DNA from: Sinorhizobium phage phiM9
Sequence record: KP881232.1
Length of the DNA: 24,000 nucleotides
Reading direction: 5' to 3' (one strand)
Shown here one piece after another: positions 1 through 7,727 of the stretch; positions within the stretch are counted from its first letter, which is position 1; every line of letters begins with the position of its first letter. The position numbers and the translations under genes were made by a program. Below the pieces are notes generated by a model. The model saw only the letters and a list, made by a program, of their open reading frames with translations. It did no database searches and was not told the DNA's origin.

Positions 1-500
1 AACTGCACGTGAAAGATGTACTGAGGGTTCGGCGAGAGGTACTGCGCGATCCTGATCTCGTCATCGACCACAACTCGATCCTGTTTGATGTGTCCACGAC
101 GAAGTCCAGGATACATGTTGCCGTCGTGGAACTGCTGAAGAGTCTTCGCAGAGCACGTGACGTCAGTCCGAAGGAATGTCGGCTGATTGATCTTGTTCTG
201 GACCGTCATCACGTCACGAGCGAGCTTGCCAATCTGACGAAGTTTCTTCTTCTCGTGGACCGTGGACTGGATCTGTCCGATCGGCTGGAACGGGGTCATC
301 TCGACGTCGATCAGAGCGAGAGTGTTGGACCAGGCGATCAACGACATAGCGTCGAACATGAAGTCCTTGGTTTCCACCTTCTCCTTGTTGCCGCCGTAGA
401 TGTAGCTGTCGACTTCACCAGTCATCCGGTCGAAGTAAGCTCCGAGCTCGTCGGCGTTCATGGTCATCTTGTTCGTTTTCGAAATGTTAGGGTCGAGCAT
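1..500 (-). CDS. Hypothetical protein, 3' end truncated by window edge
   Basis: Open frame on the minus strand from ATG at 500 (MLDPNISKTNKMTMNADELGAYFDRMTGEVDSYIYGGNKEKVETKDF...) to the window edge; AAGGAG Shine-Dalgarno upstream of the ATG. Confidence 0.75.
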   Translation of the reverse strand, partial: MLDPNISKTNKMTMNADELGAYFDRMTGEVDSYIYGGNKEKVETKDFMFDAMSLIAWSNTLALIDVEMTPFQPIGQIQSTVHEKKKLRQIGKLARDVMTVQNKINQPTFLRTDVTCSAKTLQQFHDGNMYPGLRRGHIKQDRVVVDDEIRIAQYLSPNPQYIFHVQ

Positions 501-563
501 TTGTTCTCCTTGGGATTATGGATCTGTTCTATCAAAATTGAACGAATAAGAGAAACGTTATTC

Positions 564-3095
564 TCAAAACATGTCCAACTCTTCACTGACATCTGGATTG
601 ATTCCGCATGCAGCGTAGATTCGATCGAGAGGACCTTTGAACGCTTTCGCAAAGTGGGTCTTCCAGTCGATGTACTTCCTCATCTCGATCCGGTCGAAGT
701 ATTCAGGCCATTCGTCTTTCCATGCGATCACCTTGTCGTTCACCGGGTTCGGAAGCTTCAGAGGAAGAAGACGGATCTTGTCACCGTTGGTGATTGGTTC
801 GATGTATGCTTTAGCTTGTTCGTCCTTGTCGATCAGACGATTGTGAACGATTGCTGCCTTTGCGTTGATGTGAGTGCCTCTGTCGTATCCAGTATGCGAC
901 TCTTCATTGACCTTCGAAGTCAAGTCACTGACGGACACGTTGCCTGCAATCTCGTCGATCGGTGCATCGTAGAACTCGGACTCGATCTTCATCATGTACT
1001 GGATCGAACCTTCAGTGTCACCGTTGAGGAACATCTTGAAGAACTTCTCCATCTTGTCTCGGAAGAAACTCGGAGTCGACTTCTTCTTCGCCTGCAGACC
1101 AACGATCTTCAGCTTCGGCTCTTTGAACCGTACGCCTTCCATGTCGGAGAGTGCGAGAGCGTACATCTTCTTCTTGATGAACACACCACGGCGGAACACA
1201 GCTTCTCGGTCTGCATCGAACCTGTCCGGATCGTATGCATTGAGAACTTCGCATGCCTTCTTGTTCGCGATCGCCACGACTTTCTTCATCGGTCCATCAG
1301 CGAATTTGCAAAGCCACTCGATCGTCTCTGCTTCACTCATGTGAGAGCAGTTCTTCTCGACGACTTTCTTGAACGTGAAGTAGCACGAGTCTGTGTCAGA
1401 CGTGATCCAGTACTGACCAGGTCCGTAGTTCTTCTCAAGAAGAGTCTTGAACGTCTTGCCGAGATTCCGAACCATGAACTGACCGGTGACGGTGATTGAC
1501 TCTGCGACGTCTGGATCGTAAAACTGGAAGTTCTTCTCAGCGAGTGCACCGTAGCACGAGTTCAAGATCGTCTTGATCGACTTGTCATAGTTGTCGTACA
1601 GATCTGCGAGACGCTTGATGTCTTTCTTCTTCTCTGGATCAGTCTCTTCCTGTTCCATCTTCTGGTGATCGAGCTTCAGCTGCTTGTAGTGCTTACGAAG
1701 CTGATACCCGTGATCGATGATCTCTACGAGGAACGAACGCTTGTCCTTTCGGAAGCACTGTCCGTTACCACCCATCGAGAGACCTTCAGGAGCTCTGATC
1801 TCTCCGTTGAGCAACCGATCAGGAGTGACGTTCGGAACTTTGATAGCCTTCGTGTCAGGACCGACATTCAGAGCCATCATAGTGTTCGGATACAGAGACG
1901 CATAGTCGAACGAACCGCCGTACTCGTACAGACCAGCATTCGGAGTCATCACGTAACCACCTTCGATCTTCCGATACGGCTTACGCTCTGAACGGAACTC
2001 GAAGTAGCGATCTCGCTGGTTGAGATAGTCGAAGATCATGTTCATCCACAGACGAGTCGAGAAGATGACATCGCTGATGTTCGACTTGGTCATGTTCGCG
2101 ACGATGATCGCCAGATCGATGACACCTTTCTTCATGTCGATCTGCATCAACCTGATCACGTCCACGATATTGTATCGAAGACCGTCAGTCGGATATTGAC
2201 GATAGAGAAGATGCCCAGGGATACCAGACTCGTGATGGAGCTTACCAACTCCGAGTTCCACCTTCGCGATGTTGTCCAAGCTGTACGACTCTTGCGACTC
2301 GTGGGTGAACTTCTTGTAGAACGGAAGCAAGTCGACGTGGTTCACACCGACGATCTCAGCAGTGACTGCCTCTTCACCGAAATCATCAGTGAACGTGCGA
2401 AGGAACACCTCACCGAACGGAGACAGTCTCTTCGCGTACTCATGTCCAAGGACTTTCGTGATCCGATTGACGATGTACGGCATATCGAACTTCTCGGAGT
2501 TCCATCCGCAGAAAATGTCGACCTTGAGGACCTCGGAGAAGATGTGGATGAACCGTTGAAGCATCTCCTCTTCTGTTCCGAACATCTCGATCTGGATCGG
2601 ACACGCGTCTTTGAACTCTTCCTCGATCTTCTTCGCCTTCACCGAACACGTCGTCAGACCGAATGCCAATCCATTTCTCTGGATCAGCGTGATCATGTTG
2701 ATCGGCTCTTTCGCTATGGCCGGATCAGGAAAGCCGTCGTGGACTTCCGTCTCGATATCGTGATACACGATCGAGAACATCGAAGGATCAGCATCGACGT
2801 ATCCAGCACCAGCGATGTACTGCACGTCGTACTTGCGATATCCGTACAGATCTCGAGCTGCGTCACCGAGTTCCTTCACGAAGTCACGAGCGTTTCGGAT
2901 GCTGTCGAACTCAAGAAGCTTCAGAGGACGATCATCAGTCGACCTGTACTTCGAGTCCTTGTCAGTGGCTACGAACAGCTTCGGAGCGAAGTTATGAGCT
3001 ACCCACTCGGACTTCTTCGTCGCATGATCGTATTGTTTGACGTGGACTTTTCCCTTGCGTTCCAAGTAGTAAATGTAGGAGGATTTGCTTGTCAT
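564..3095 (-). CDS. 43: Family B DNA polymerase (T4 gp43-like), 843 aa
   Basis: Exonuclease motif YHDIETEV, pol motifs DYASLYPNTM, NSCYGAL and DTDSCYF; T4-like synteny with clamp/clamp-loader genes. Confidence 0.97.
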   Translation of the reverse strand: MTSKSSYIYYLERKGKVHVKQYDHATKKSEWVAHNFAPKLFVATDKDSKYRSTDDRPLKLLEFDSIRNARDFVKELGDAARDLYGYRKYDVQYIAGAGYVDADPSMFSIVYHDIETEVHDGFPDPAIAKEPINMITLIQRNGLAFGLTTCSVKAKKIEEEFKDACPIQIEMFGTEEEMLQRFIHIFSEVLKVDIFCGWNSEKFDMPYIVNRITKVLGHEYAKRLSPFGEVFLRTFTDDFGEEAVTAEIVGVNHVDLLPFYKKFTHESQESYSLDNIAKVELGVGKLHHESGIPGHLLYRQYPTDGLRYNIVDVIRLMQIDMKKGVIDLAIIVANMTKSNISDVIFSTRLWMNMIFDYLNQRDRYFEFRSERKPYRKIEGGYVMTPNAGLYEYGGSFDYASLYPNTMMALNVGPDTKAIKVPNVTPDRLLNGEIRAPEGLSMGGNGQCFRKDKRSFLVEIIDHGYQLRKHYKQLKLDHQKMEQEETDPEKKKDIKRLADLYDNYDKSIKTILNSCYGALAEKNFQFYDPDVAESITVTGQFMVRNLGKTFKTLLEKNYGPGQYWITSDTDSCYFTFKKVVEKNCSHMSEAETIEWLCKFADGPMKKVVAIANKKACEVLNAYDPDRFDADREAVFRRGVFIKKKMYALALSDMEGVRFKEPKLKIVGLQAKKKSTPSFFRDKMEKFFKMFLNGDTEGSIQYMMKIESEFYDAPIDEIAGNVSVSDLTSKVNEESHTGYDRGTHINAKAAIVHNRLIDKDEQAKAYIEPITNGDKIRLLPLKLPNPVNDKVIAWKDEWPEYFDRIEMRKYIDWKTHFAKAFKGPLDRIYAACGINPDVSEELDMF

Positions 3096-3151
3096 GTGAT
3101 CTTTCTATCACGCATGTTCAGTGACTTGAAACGTCAAGTCCTAACGTTCGA

Positions 3152-3376
3152 TTAAGGTCCACTCAGTCCGTTCCTCGGTCGGAAACGAGCAGTGTTCTCG
3201 AGGAGATGGACTTTGTCTCCTTCGTTCGCTGTTCCGCAAGACCGACAGAGCCAGGCGTACTTTCCGCCTTTGTTGAGCGGATGTGGACGTTCGTACTGGA
3301 GGTATTCACAGTGTGCACAAACGACGAGATCACAGCCTTCGGTGTGATCGATTGACGTGTAAGTCTGTTCCGTCAT
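3152..3376 (-). CDS. Small zinc-ribbon-like protein, 74 aa
   Basis: Start refined from the track ORF (3152..3508) to MTEQTYTSIDHTEG at 3376; CAHC...CRSC pattern; ATGA overlap with the upstream ORF. Confidence 0.65.
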   Translation of the reverse strand: MTEQTYTSIDHTEGCDLVVCAHCEYLQYERPHPLNKGGKYAWLCRSCGTANEGDKVHLLENTARFRPRNGLSGP

Positions 3377-3552
3377 TCGACTTCTTTCGGTATGATAAGA
3401 TCTCGTTTGAATTCTTCTTGGATCTTCTCGTTCTCTTTGGCGATTGGTTCGGCCATCGAGATACCAGTGACTTCCTCGACTGCCTTCAGGTAAAGAACAG
3501 GAGAACACCTACGGACGATCTCAATGATCACCCGATCTATCTTCTTACTCAT
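3373..3552 (-). CDS. Small hypothetical protein, 59 aa (absent from ORF track)
   Basis: Hand translation MSKKIDRVIIEIVRRCSPVLYLKAVEEVTGISMAEPIAKENEKIQEEFKRDLIIPKEVE*; ATGA overlaps at both ends. Confidence 0.65.
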   Translation of the reverse strand: MSKKIDRVIIEIVRRCSPVLYLKAVEEVTGISMAEPIAKENEKIQEEFKRDLIIPKEVE

Positions 3553-3869
3553 TCGGCCACTTTCTCTGTGACTATCGTGACGACATTCGTCATTCGACGC
3601 ATGATCTCGATCGATTCTTCTATCACGTCAAAGCCGTACATCGACTTAGGCAAGTGCTTCACGTACTCCCGAGCTTCTTCGACAGTCTCAAACCTCGTTG
3701 GACCGGGATGTTCAGTCCATGCTGGCATTCTTGCTCCGTCCATACCAAGCCATTCACCTGCTACGAGATAGACCTCTTCTCCGATATCGTATCTGAGTGT
3801 TGCGTCAGCACGAGTTCTCACTCCTCTGCAATGCGCATAGAAGTACTCGGTCGTGGTTTCGGTGATCAT
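3549..3869 (-). CDS. Hypothetical protein, 106 aa
   Basis: ORF in a tightly packed co-directional run; ends with ATGA overlap with the next ORF. Confidence 0.7.
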   Translation of the reverse strand: MITETTTEYFYAHCRGVRTRADATLRYDIGEEVYLVAGEWLGMDGARMPAWTEHPGPTRFETVEEAREYVKHLPKSMYGFDVIEESIEIMRRMTNVVTIVTEKVAE

Positions 3870-4703
3870 TCAAATCTCCAGTTCGTGTGTTCCAAAGTCG
3901 TACTTGTCGCCGTAGATCAGGATAACGTCATCCTTCTCAGCAACGAAAGTTCCGACCATTCGAGATGTTTTGTGTTCGATCACGTGATCAGCCTTCGTCC
4001 AGTCGAGTAGTCCACCGTTCGGATAGTTGGACATGATGCACCTGACGCCGTGTCTCGAATGCCACTTCAGAATGCTGTCAAGCTCCTGGAGCTTCTCGTA
4101 CGACCATGATCCGTCATATCCAGTGGACTCGATGTAAGGCGGATCGCAGTATATCAGGTCGAAGTCGGACCAGTCTCCTTTGAGGAAATCGAGAGCGTCC
4201 TGCTGACACACGATGTCGATCTTGTCAGCGTATCTGAAGAGCGTCTTCAGTCTCTTCTCGATCTCGTAAGTGCGGCCGTTCAGGAGGAACAGCTTGAACG
4301 GAGTGTTGAACCCATTCGGTCCAAAACGCATCATGGCTGCGTGACAAGAAAATAATAAGTAGAAGAATATATGTACGCGACGCGAATTGTACGTACCCTG
4401 CTTCCAGAGCTCATTGTACTCGTCCCTGAGCTCATAGTAGACTTTCTCCAGACGGTTCTCTTCCGTCAAAGTCTTCCGAGCGAACTCCACGAACTCGGGG
4501 TCTCTTTTCCGAGCGAGTTTCCAGATCTCCGCGAGTTCGAACATCACGTCATTGACAGCTGCTCGTCCAGCGAGTTCTCCGAATACGATACCAGATCCGA
4601 CGAAAGGCTCGACGATCTTACAGTTCTGGCGAATGAGAGGAGAGAGCTTTCCGAGCTCCGCTCGTTTACTTCCTTGGTACGGAAACGGAGTGAGGTCGTT
4701 CAA
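3870..4703 (-). CDS. dam: Dam-like (D12 class) N6-adenine DNA methyltransferase, 277 aa
   Basis: PYQGSK...FVGSG SAM-binding motif, YCDPPY catalytic motif, FNTPF-type motif. Confidence 0.88.
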   Translation of the reverse strand: MNDLTPFPYQGSKRAELGKLSPLIRQNCKIVEPFVGSGIVFGELAGRAAVNDVMFELAEIWKLARKRDPEFVEFARKTLTEENRLEKVYYELRDEYNELWKQGTYNSRRVHIFFYLLFSCHAAMMRFGPNGFNTPFKLFLLNGRTYEIEKRLKTLFRYADKIDIVCQQDALDFLKGDWSDFDLIYCDPPYIESTGYDGSWSYEKLQELDSILKWHSRHGVRCIMSNYPNGGLLDWTKADHVIEHKTSRMVGTFVAEKDDVILIYGDKYDFGTHELEI

Positions 4704-4888
4704 CGTTCATCCCTCTTCACGAGTTCGACGAGCGCTAGGTACAGAGCGACCCAGAGGAACACAGGAAACCCGAGTGGATAGTCATACCATCGGCCTCTAC
4801 GCCATTTGTGGCCGATATTGTTGAAGACGAAGACGAGAGACGCGCCGTGCCAGAGGATGAAGAAATTCGCGATCCAGAACCATTCCAT
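4700..4888 (-). CDS. Small membrane protein, 62 aa
   Basis: Hydrophobic segments (FWIANFFILWHGASLVFVFNN, GFPVFLWVALYLALVELV); ATGA overlap with the methylase gene. Confidence 0.65.
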   Translation of the reverse strand: MEWFWIANFFILWHGASLVFVFNNIGHKWRRGRWYDYPLGFPVFLWVALYLALVELVKRDER

Positions 4889-5097
4889 CAGACGACTTCC
4901 TTGCAGTTAGATCGGAGATGAAGAATTCCAGATCCGATTTCGCGAATGTACTTCGTCGCCCACTTCTCGCAGTGGTCTTCGAGGGACACGCCGATGAACG
5001 TGTAGCCAGATCGCCTGAAAGGTTCAGGAATCATTCCATGCTGACGCTTCAGTGTTTTGATCCGTTCGTACTTCTTCAGAGGTTCACGTTCGAACAA
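4888..5097 (-). CDS. Hypothetical protein, 69 aa
   Basis: Co-directional ORF overlapping its neighbours (TGATG junction at 4888). Confidence 0.6.
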   Translation of the reverse strand: MFEREPLKKYERIKTLKRQHGMIPEPFRRSGYTFIGVSLEDHCEKWATKYIREIGSGILHLRSNCKEVV

Positions 5098-5524
5098 AGT
5101 AGACTCCTTCAGAGTTGACGATAGTCTGCTTGATCACGAGCGCGATTTCGATCTGTTTCGGAGTCGGAAGTTCATTCCACTTCTTGCTCGTTGCTTCTTC
5201 GTAAGTCTTCTCGATGAAGTCAAAGAAGTCAGCATACTTCGACTCGGCCTTGGTGACTTGACCCTCGACAGGCGTCTCTTCTTTCGATGCACTCATAGGT
5301 TCGAAAGTACCAAGAGGTCCGAGATGTGCAAGAGATCTTCGATCGTGGTATCTTCCTTCGAATATGATCTTCTCGTCGAAGATCTCAACTTCCTGAACAA
5401 TACCGTTAGGAGAAGACCAGTTGTCAGAAAAGACACCTGTAAACCTGTATCCGATTTGACCCCACGGATCTTCCCCGGTCTTTTTCGTGCGTTCGTATCG
5501 ACCGACAGAAATCGTCTCTGGCAT
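5084..5524 (-). CDS. Hypothetical protein, 146 aa
   Basis: Co-directional ORF with AAGGAG upstream of the ATG. Confidence 0.75.
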   Translation of the reverse strand: MPETISVGRYERTKKTGEDPWGQIGYRFTGVFSDNWSSPNGIVQEVEIFDEKIIFEGRYHDRRSLAHLGPLGTFEPMSASKEETPVEGQVTKAESKYADFFDFIEKTYEEATSKKWNELPTPKQIEIALVIKQTIVNSEGVYFVRT

Positions 5525-5528
5525 TTTC

Positions 5529-5720
5529 TTACTCCTTGATCTCGAGGATGTTGGCGAGTTGGTAGATGTAGGTCAGCCCACGATCTGCAACTCTGCGGTA
5601 CTTGTAGGTTTCACCTCGGAAGATGATCACGTCAATTCCGTCGACGATATCGTAGTCGACTGTGATCGTTGCGATCTGTTCATCGTTGCTTCCGAGAAAG
5701 AGGACTTTCACTTTGGTCAC
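5529..5720 (-). CDS. Hypothetical protein, 63 aa (GTG start)
   Basis: MTKVKVLFLGSNDEQIATITVDYDIVDGIDVIIFRGETYKYRRVADRG; GTGA overlap with the upstream frame. Confidence 0.65.
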   Translation of the reverse strand: MTKVKVLFLGSNDEQIATITVDYDIVDGIDVIIFRGETYKYRRVADRGLTYIYQLANILEIKE

Positions 5721-5893
5721 GACACTATCTCCTCTAGATGATCACGGTGGTGATAACGAACTGTTTCTTCGAACTCGTCGATTTCAGCGACGTTGCCAGA
5801 GATTGTCGGCAGCCCTCTGAAAATGTATCCGACCTTCCTTGACTCAAGTTCGGATTTGTGAGGGTTCTTGATGCGTCGGTAGACTCTGTACAC
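5717..5893 (-). CDS. Possible small protein, 58 aa (absent from ORF track)
   Basis: GTG start six bases after CACGGAG; MYRVYRRIKNPHKSELESRKVGYIFRGLPTISGNVAEIDEFEETVRYHHRDHLEEIVS*; GTGA overlap with the next gene. Competes with an ATG frame at 5898. Confidence 0.5.
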   Translation of the reverse strand: MYRVYRRIKNPHKSELESRKVGYIFRGLPTISGNVAEIDEFEETVRYHHRDHLEEIVS

Positions 5894-5953
5894 TGCATTC
5901 TCCGTGGAAGTGGAGGAGTCTCTGTTGGACTCCTCCGTTGGTTGTTCAGATTC

Positions 5954-6199
5954 TCAAAAGGTCTTGAAGCCGAATTGGCTGTAGACTCCAATGTAGCCTC
6001 CGTCACGAAGACGAGGGGACCGAGCAGAGAAGAGAGCGGTAAATCTTCCTTCGCGGTTGCAGACAACCATGAAGACGTCTTCTTGGTCGTTGATGCCGAT
6101 TTTCTCCAAGGCTTTCATGAGGTTTGCCTCGGTTTTGTAGGACTTGGCATTGTCGATGTTGAAGAAACCTTCGCGGTCTTTCTGAACAGTGAGGGACAT
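5954..6199 (-). CDS. Hypothetical protein, 81 aa
   Basis: ORF directly after the conserved leader CCACGGAG; MSLTVQKDREGFFNIDNAKSYKTEANLMKALEKIG... Confidence 0.7.
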   Translation of the reverse strand: MSLTVQKDREGFFNIDNAKSYKTEANLMKALEKIGINDQEDVFMVVCNREGRFTALFSARSPRLRDGGYIGVYSQFGFKTF

Positions 6200-6294
6200 T
6201 GGGATACTCCGTGGTTTGTTTGTTTCGTTATTGATAGAGTATCACCGTCCTCCTGAAACTAGAATACGGAAAGTGCACGAAACGTCAAAAACTT

Positions 6295-6570
6295 TCAGAA
6301 GTCTTTCAGCCAGTAGGCAGGCTCCTTGAAGATGCCGTCAATGGTGATGTTCAGAGGTACGCAAGAAACGCGTTTGAACATCTTGTCATCATTCGAGAGG
6401 TGATACTTCTCGACGTAAGCCCAGAGCATCTCCTTGATGAAGTCGTAGTCGTTCTGGACGATGAAGTGCTTCTCGCTGATGGCTCGAACTGGAGTTGTCA
6501 TTCGCGTTCCGTACTGGTCATCCACTCGCTCGGTGTGACCGTACTCGTAGGTGAACTTGAGAATCTTCAT
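6295..6570 (-). CDS. Hypothetical protein, 91 aa
   Basis: Start refined from 6633 to MKILKFTYEYGHTERV at 6570, which has an AAAGGAG Shine-Dalgarno and ATGA overlap with the upstream ORF. Confidence 0.7.
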   Translation of the reverse strand: MKILKFTYEYGHTERVDDQYGTRMTTPVRAISEKHFIVQNDYDFIKEMLWAYVEKYHLSNDDKMFKRVSCVPLNITIDGIFKEPAYWLKDF

Positions 6571-6839
6571 GCTGTTTCTCCTTTGAAGTTGAAGTTCATA
6601 CGACGGAACGTGAACACCGTCATTCGAATGCACTGAGCCTGCTTGACGTATTCCGAGTCGACAGACTCCATCATCTTGTAGAGAGCGTAGTCCATCGCGG
6701 CGTTCGCGTGACTGAGAGCTGTGTCGTCTTCATCTTTCGACAGTGCGGTGATTGCGTCAAGAATGTGACCGCTGTAGGTTCGATCAGGCTTGATCATTCG
6801 ACCACGGACCATGATCTCGAATTCATCAGAATTTCTCAC
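6567..6839 (-). CDS. Hypothetical protein, up to 90 aa (start uncertain: GTG 6839 or ATG 6812)
   Basis: Co-directional ORF coupled to neighbours on both sides. Confidence 0.65.
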   Translation of the reverse strand: MRNSDEFEIMVRGRMIKPDRTYSGHILDAITALSKDEDDTALSHANAAMDYALYKMMESVDSEYVKQAQCIRMTVFTFRRMNFNFKGETA

Positions 6840-7002
6840 GTGTCACCTTTTCCTCGAGGTATCCGTTGATGTAGAGGAAAGCAGCCACGAAGGATTCTTT
6901 CCATGTATCGATGGTGTTGAAGATCATCCCACAGTGGATCTGAGTGCCAGAATGGACGGTGTGTCCGTGGGTGTAGATGATGACGACCTGGGCCTGTGTC
7001 AT
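6826..7002 (-). CDS. Small hypothetical protein, 58 aa (absent from ORF track)
   Basis: Hand translation MTQAQVVIIYTHGHTVHSGTQIHCGMIFNTIDTWKESFVAAFLYINGYLEEKVTREKF*; GGAGGA upstream of the ATG. Confidence 0.65.
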   Translation of the reverse strand: MTQAQVVIIYTHGHTVHSGTQIHCGMIFNTIDTWKESFVAAFLYINGYLEEKVTREKF

Positions 7003-7019
7003 TTCGCGTCCTCCGAGAA

Positions 7020-7043
7020 GGAGGAATTCCGAAGAATTCCTCC
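7020..7043 (-). promoter_or_regulatory. C(UUCG)G tetraloop hairpin in an intercistronic region
   Basis: On the transcribed strand GGAGGAATTC-TTCG-GAATTCCTCC, a perfect 10-bp stem; located between the stop at 7057 and the start at 7002. Confidence 0.8.
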
Positions 7044-7056
7044 GTGGGATTGATGG

Positions 7057-7569
7057 TTACTTGTCGAGGAACTTTTCAAGTTTCTCTTGGGTCATCCGAG
7101 AGAAGATCTTGGTTGCTCGGATTGCCTTGATCAGGTCTTCTTTCTGAGCAGCGGAGATCTTGAAGTACCAGGTGTCTTCGGTCGAATTGTACTTCAGACC
7201 AATGTTGGATTTCACGAAGATGTCGAGTTTCTCCGGAGTCTTCTCGTTGAAGCGATCGGAGATCTTCTTGAAGCGGTAGTGGATGAACACTTCCTCTTCT
7301 TCCAGGGTGTCTTCGATCTTCTCGACGATTTTCGTCTCTTTCTTCGGGATGAGGTTCATCACCGTTTCGAAGCCGAGGTCGGTGAAGTTGAGGTAGTCAC
7401 CTTCGGAGTCTTTGGAGACAGTGACCAGGTTCTTCTTCACGAGGGAGGAGAGGACACCTTTGAGGGATTGGACACTCAGACCATTGACTGATCGTTCATC
7501 CAGCCATGTGTAGGTGTAGAGGTCCGATTTGTTGGTTGCATACTCAGGTGCACCATTGGTTGCATTCAT
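7057..7569 (-). CDS. Candidate winged-helix-like protein, 170 aa as annotated; reading frame extends to 7632 across one in-frame TAA
   Basis: The ATG at 7569 lacks a Shine-Dalgarno. The ATG at 7632 has the conserved CCACGGAG leader and is in the same frame, interrupted only by TAA at 7603-7605. Confidence 0.6.
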   Translation of the reverse strand: MNATNGAPEYATNKSDLYTYTWLDERSVNGLSVQSLKGVLSSLVKKNLVTVSKDSEGDYLNFTDLGFETVMNLIPKKETKIVEKIEDTLEEEEVFIHYRFKKISDRFNEKTPEKLDIFVKSNIGLKYNSTEDTWYFKISAAQKEDLIKAIRATKIFSRMTQEKLEKFLDK

Positions 7570-7727
7570 CTGGCAGTATGCAAAAGCGATGAGGAGTTTG
7601 GATTAGTTGTCGGTGAGTTTTACGTTTTCCATTTGAGTTACTCCGTGGTTTGTTTAGTTATTCAATAATGATAGAGTAACTCAAACGTTTGGAAACTGGA
7701 ATACGGAAAATGAACGAAACTGAAAAT

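Noticed and set aside
464-652. 62-aa minus-strand ORF between polymerase and the left-edge gene
   Set aside because: Overlaps both flanking genes and the intergenic control region, with no supporting features.
9-1499. 496-aa plus-strand ORF, the longest open frame on that strand
   Set aside because: Antisense to both the truncated left-edge gene and the polymerase C-terminal half, and runs across the gap between them; low-complexity Arg/Leu/Val-rich translation typical of a shadow frame created by codon bias.
2196-3155. 319-aa plus-strand ORF opposite DNA polymerase
   Set aside because: Shadow frame of the polymerase gene; the same explanation applies to 9164..10039, 11364..12008, 12232..12801, 19063..19554, 22335..22790 and 22751..23356.
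5734-6066. 110-aa minus-strand track ORF
   Set aside because: Long form overlaps most of the better supported 5954..6199 gene and its start lacks a ribosome site; only its last 54 codons remain a weak alternative to the GTG frame at 5893.
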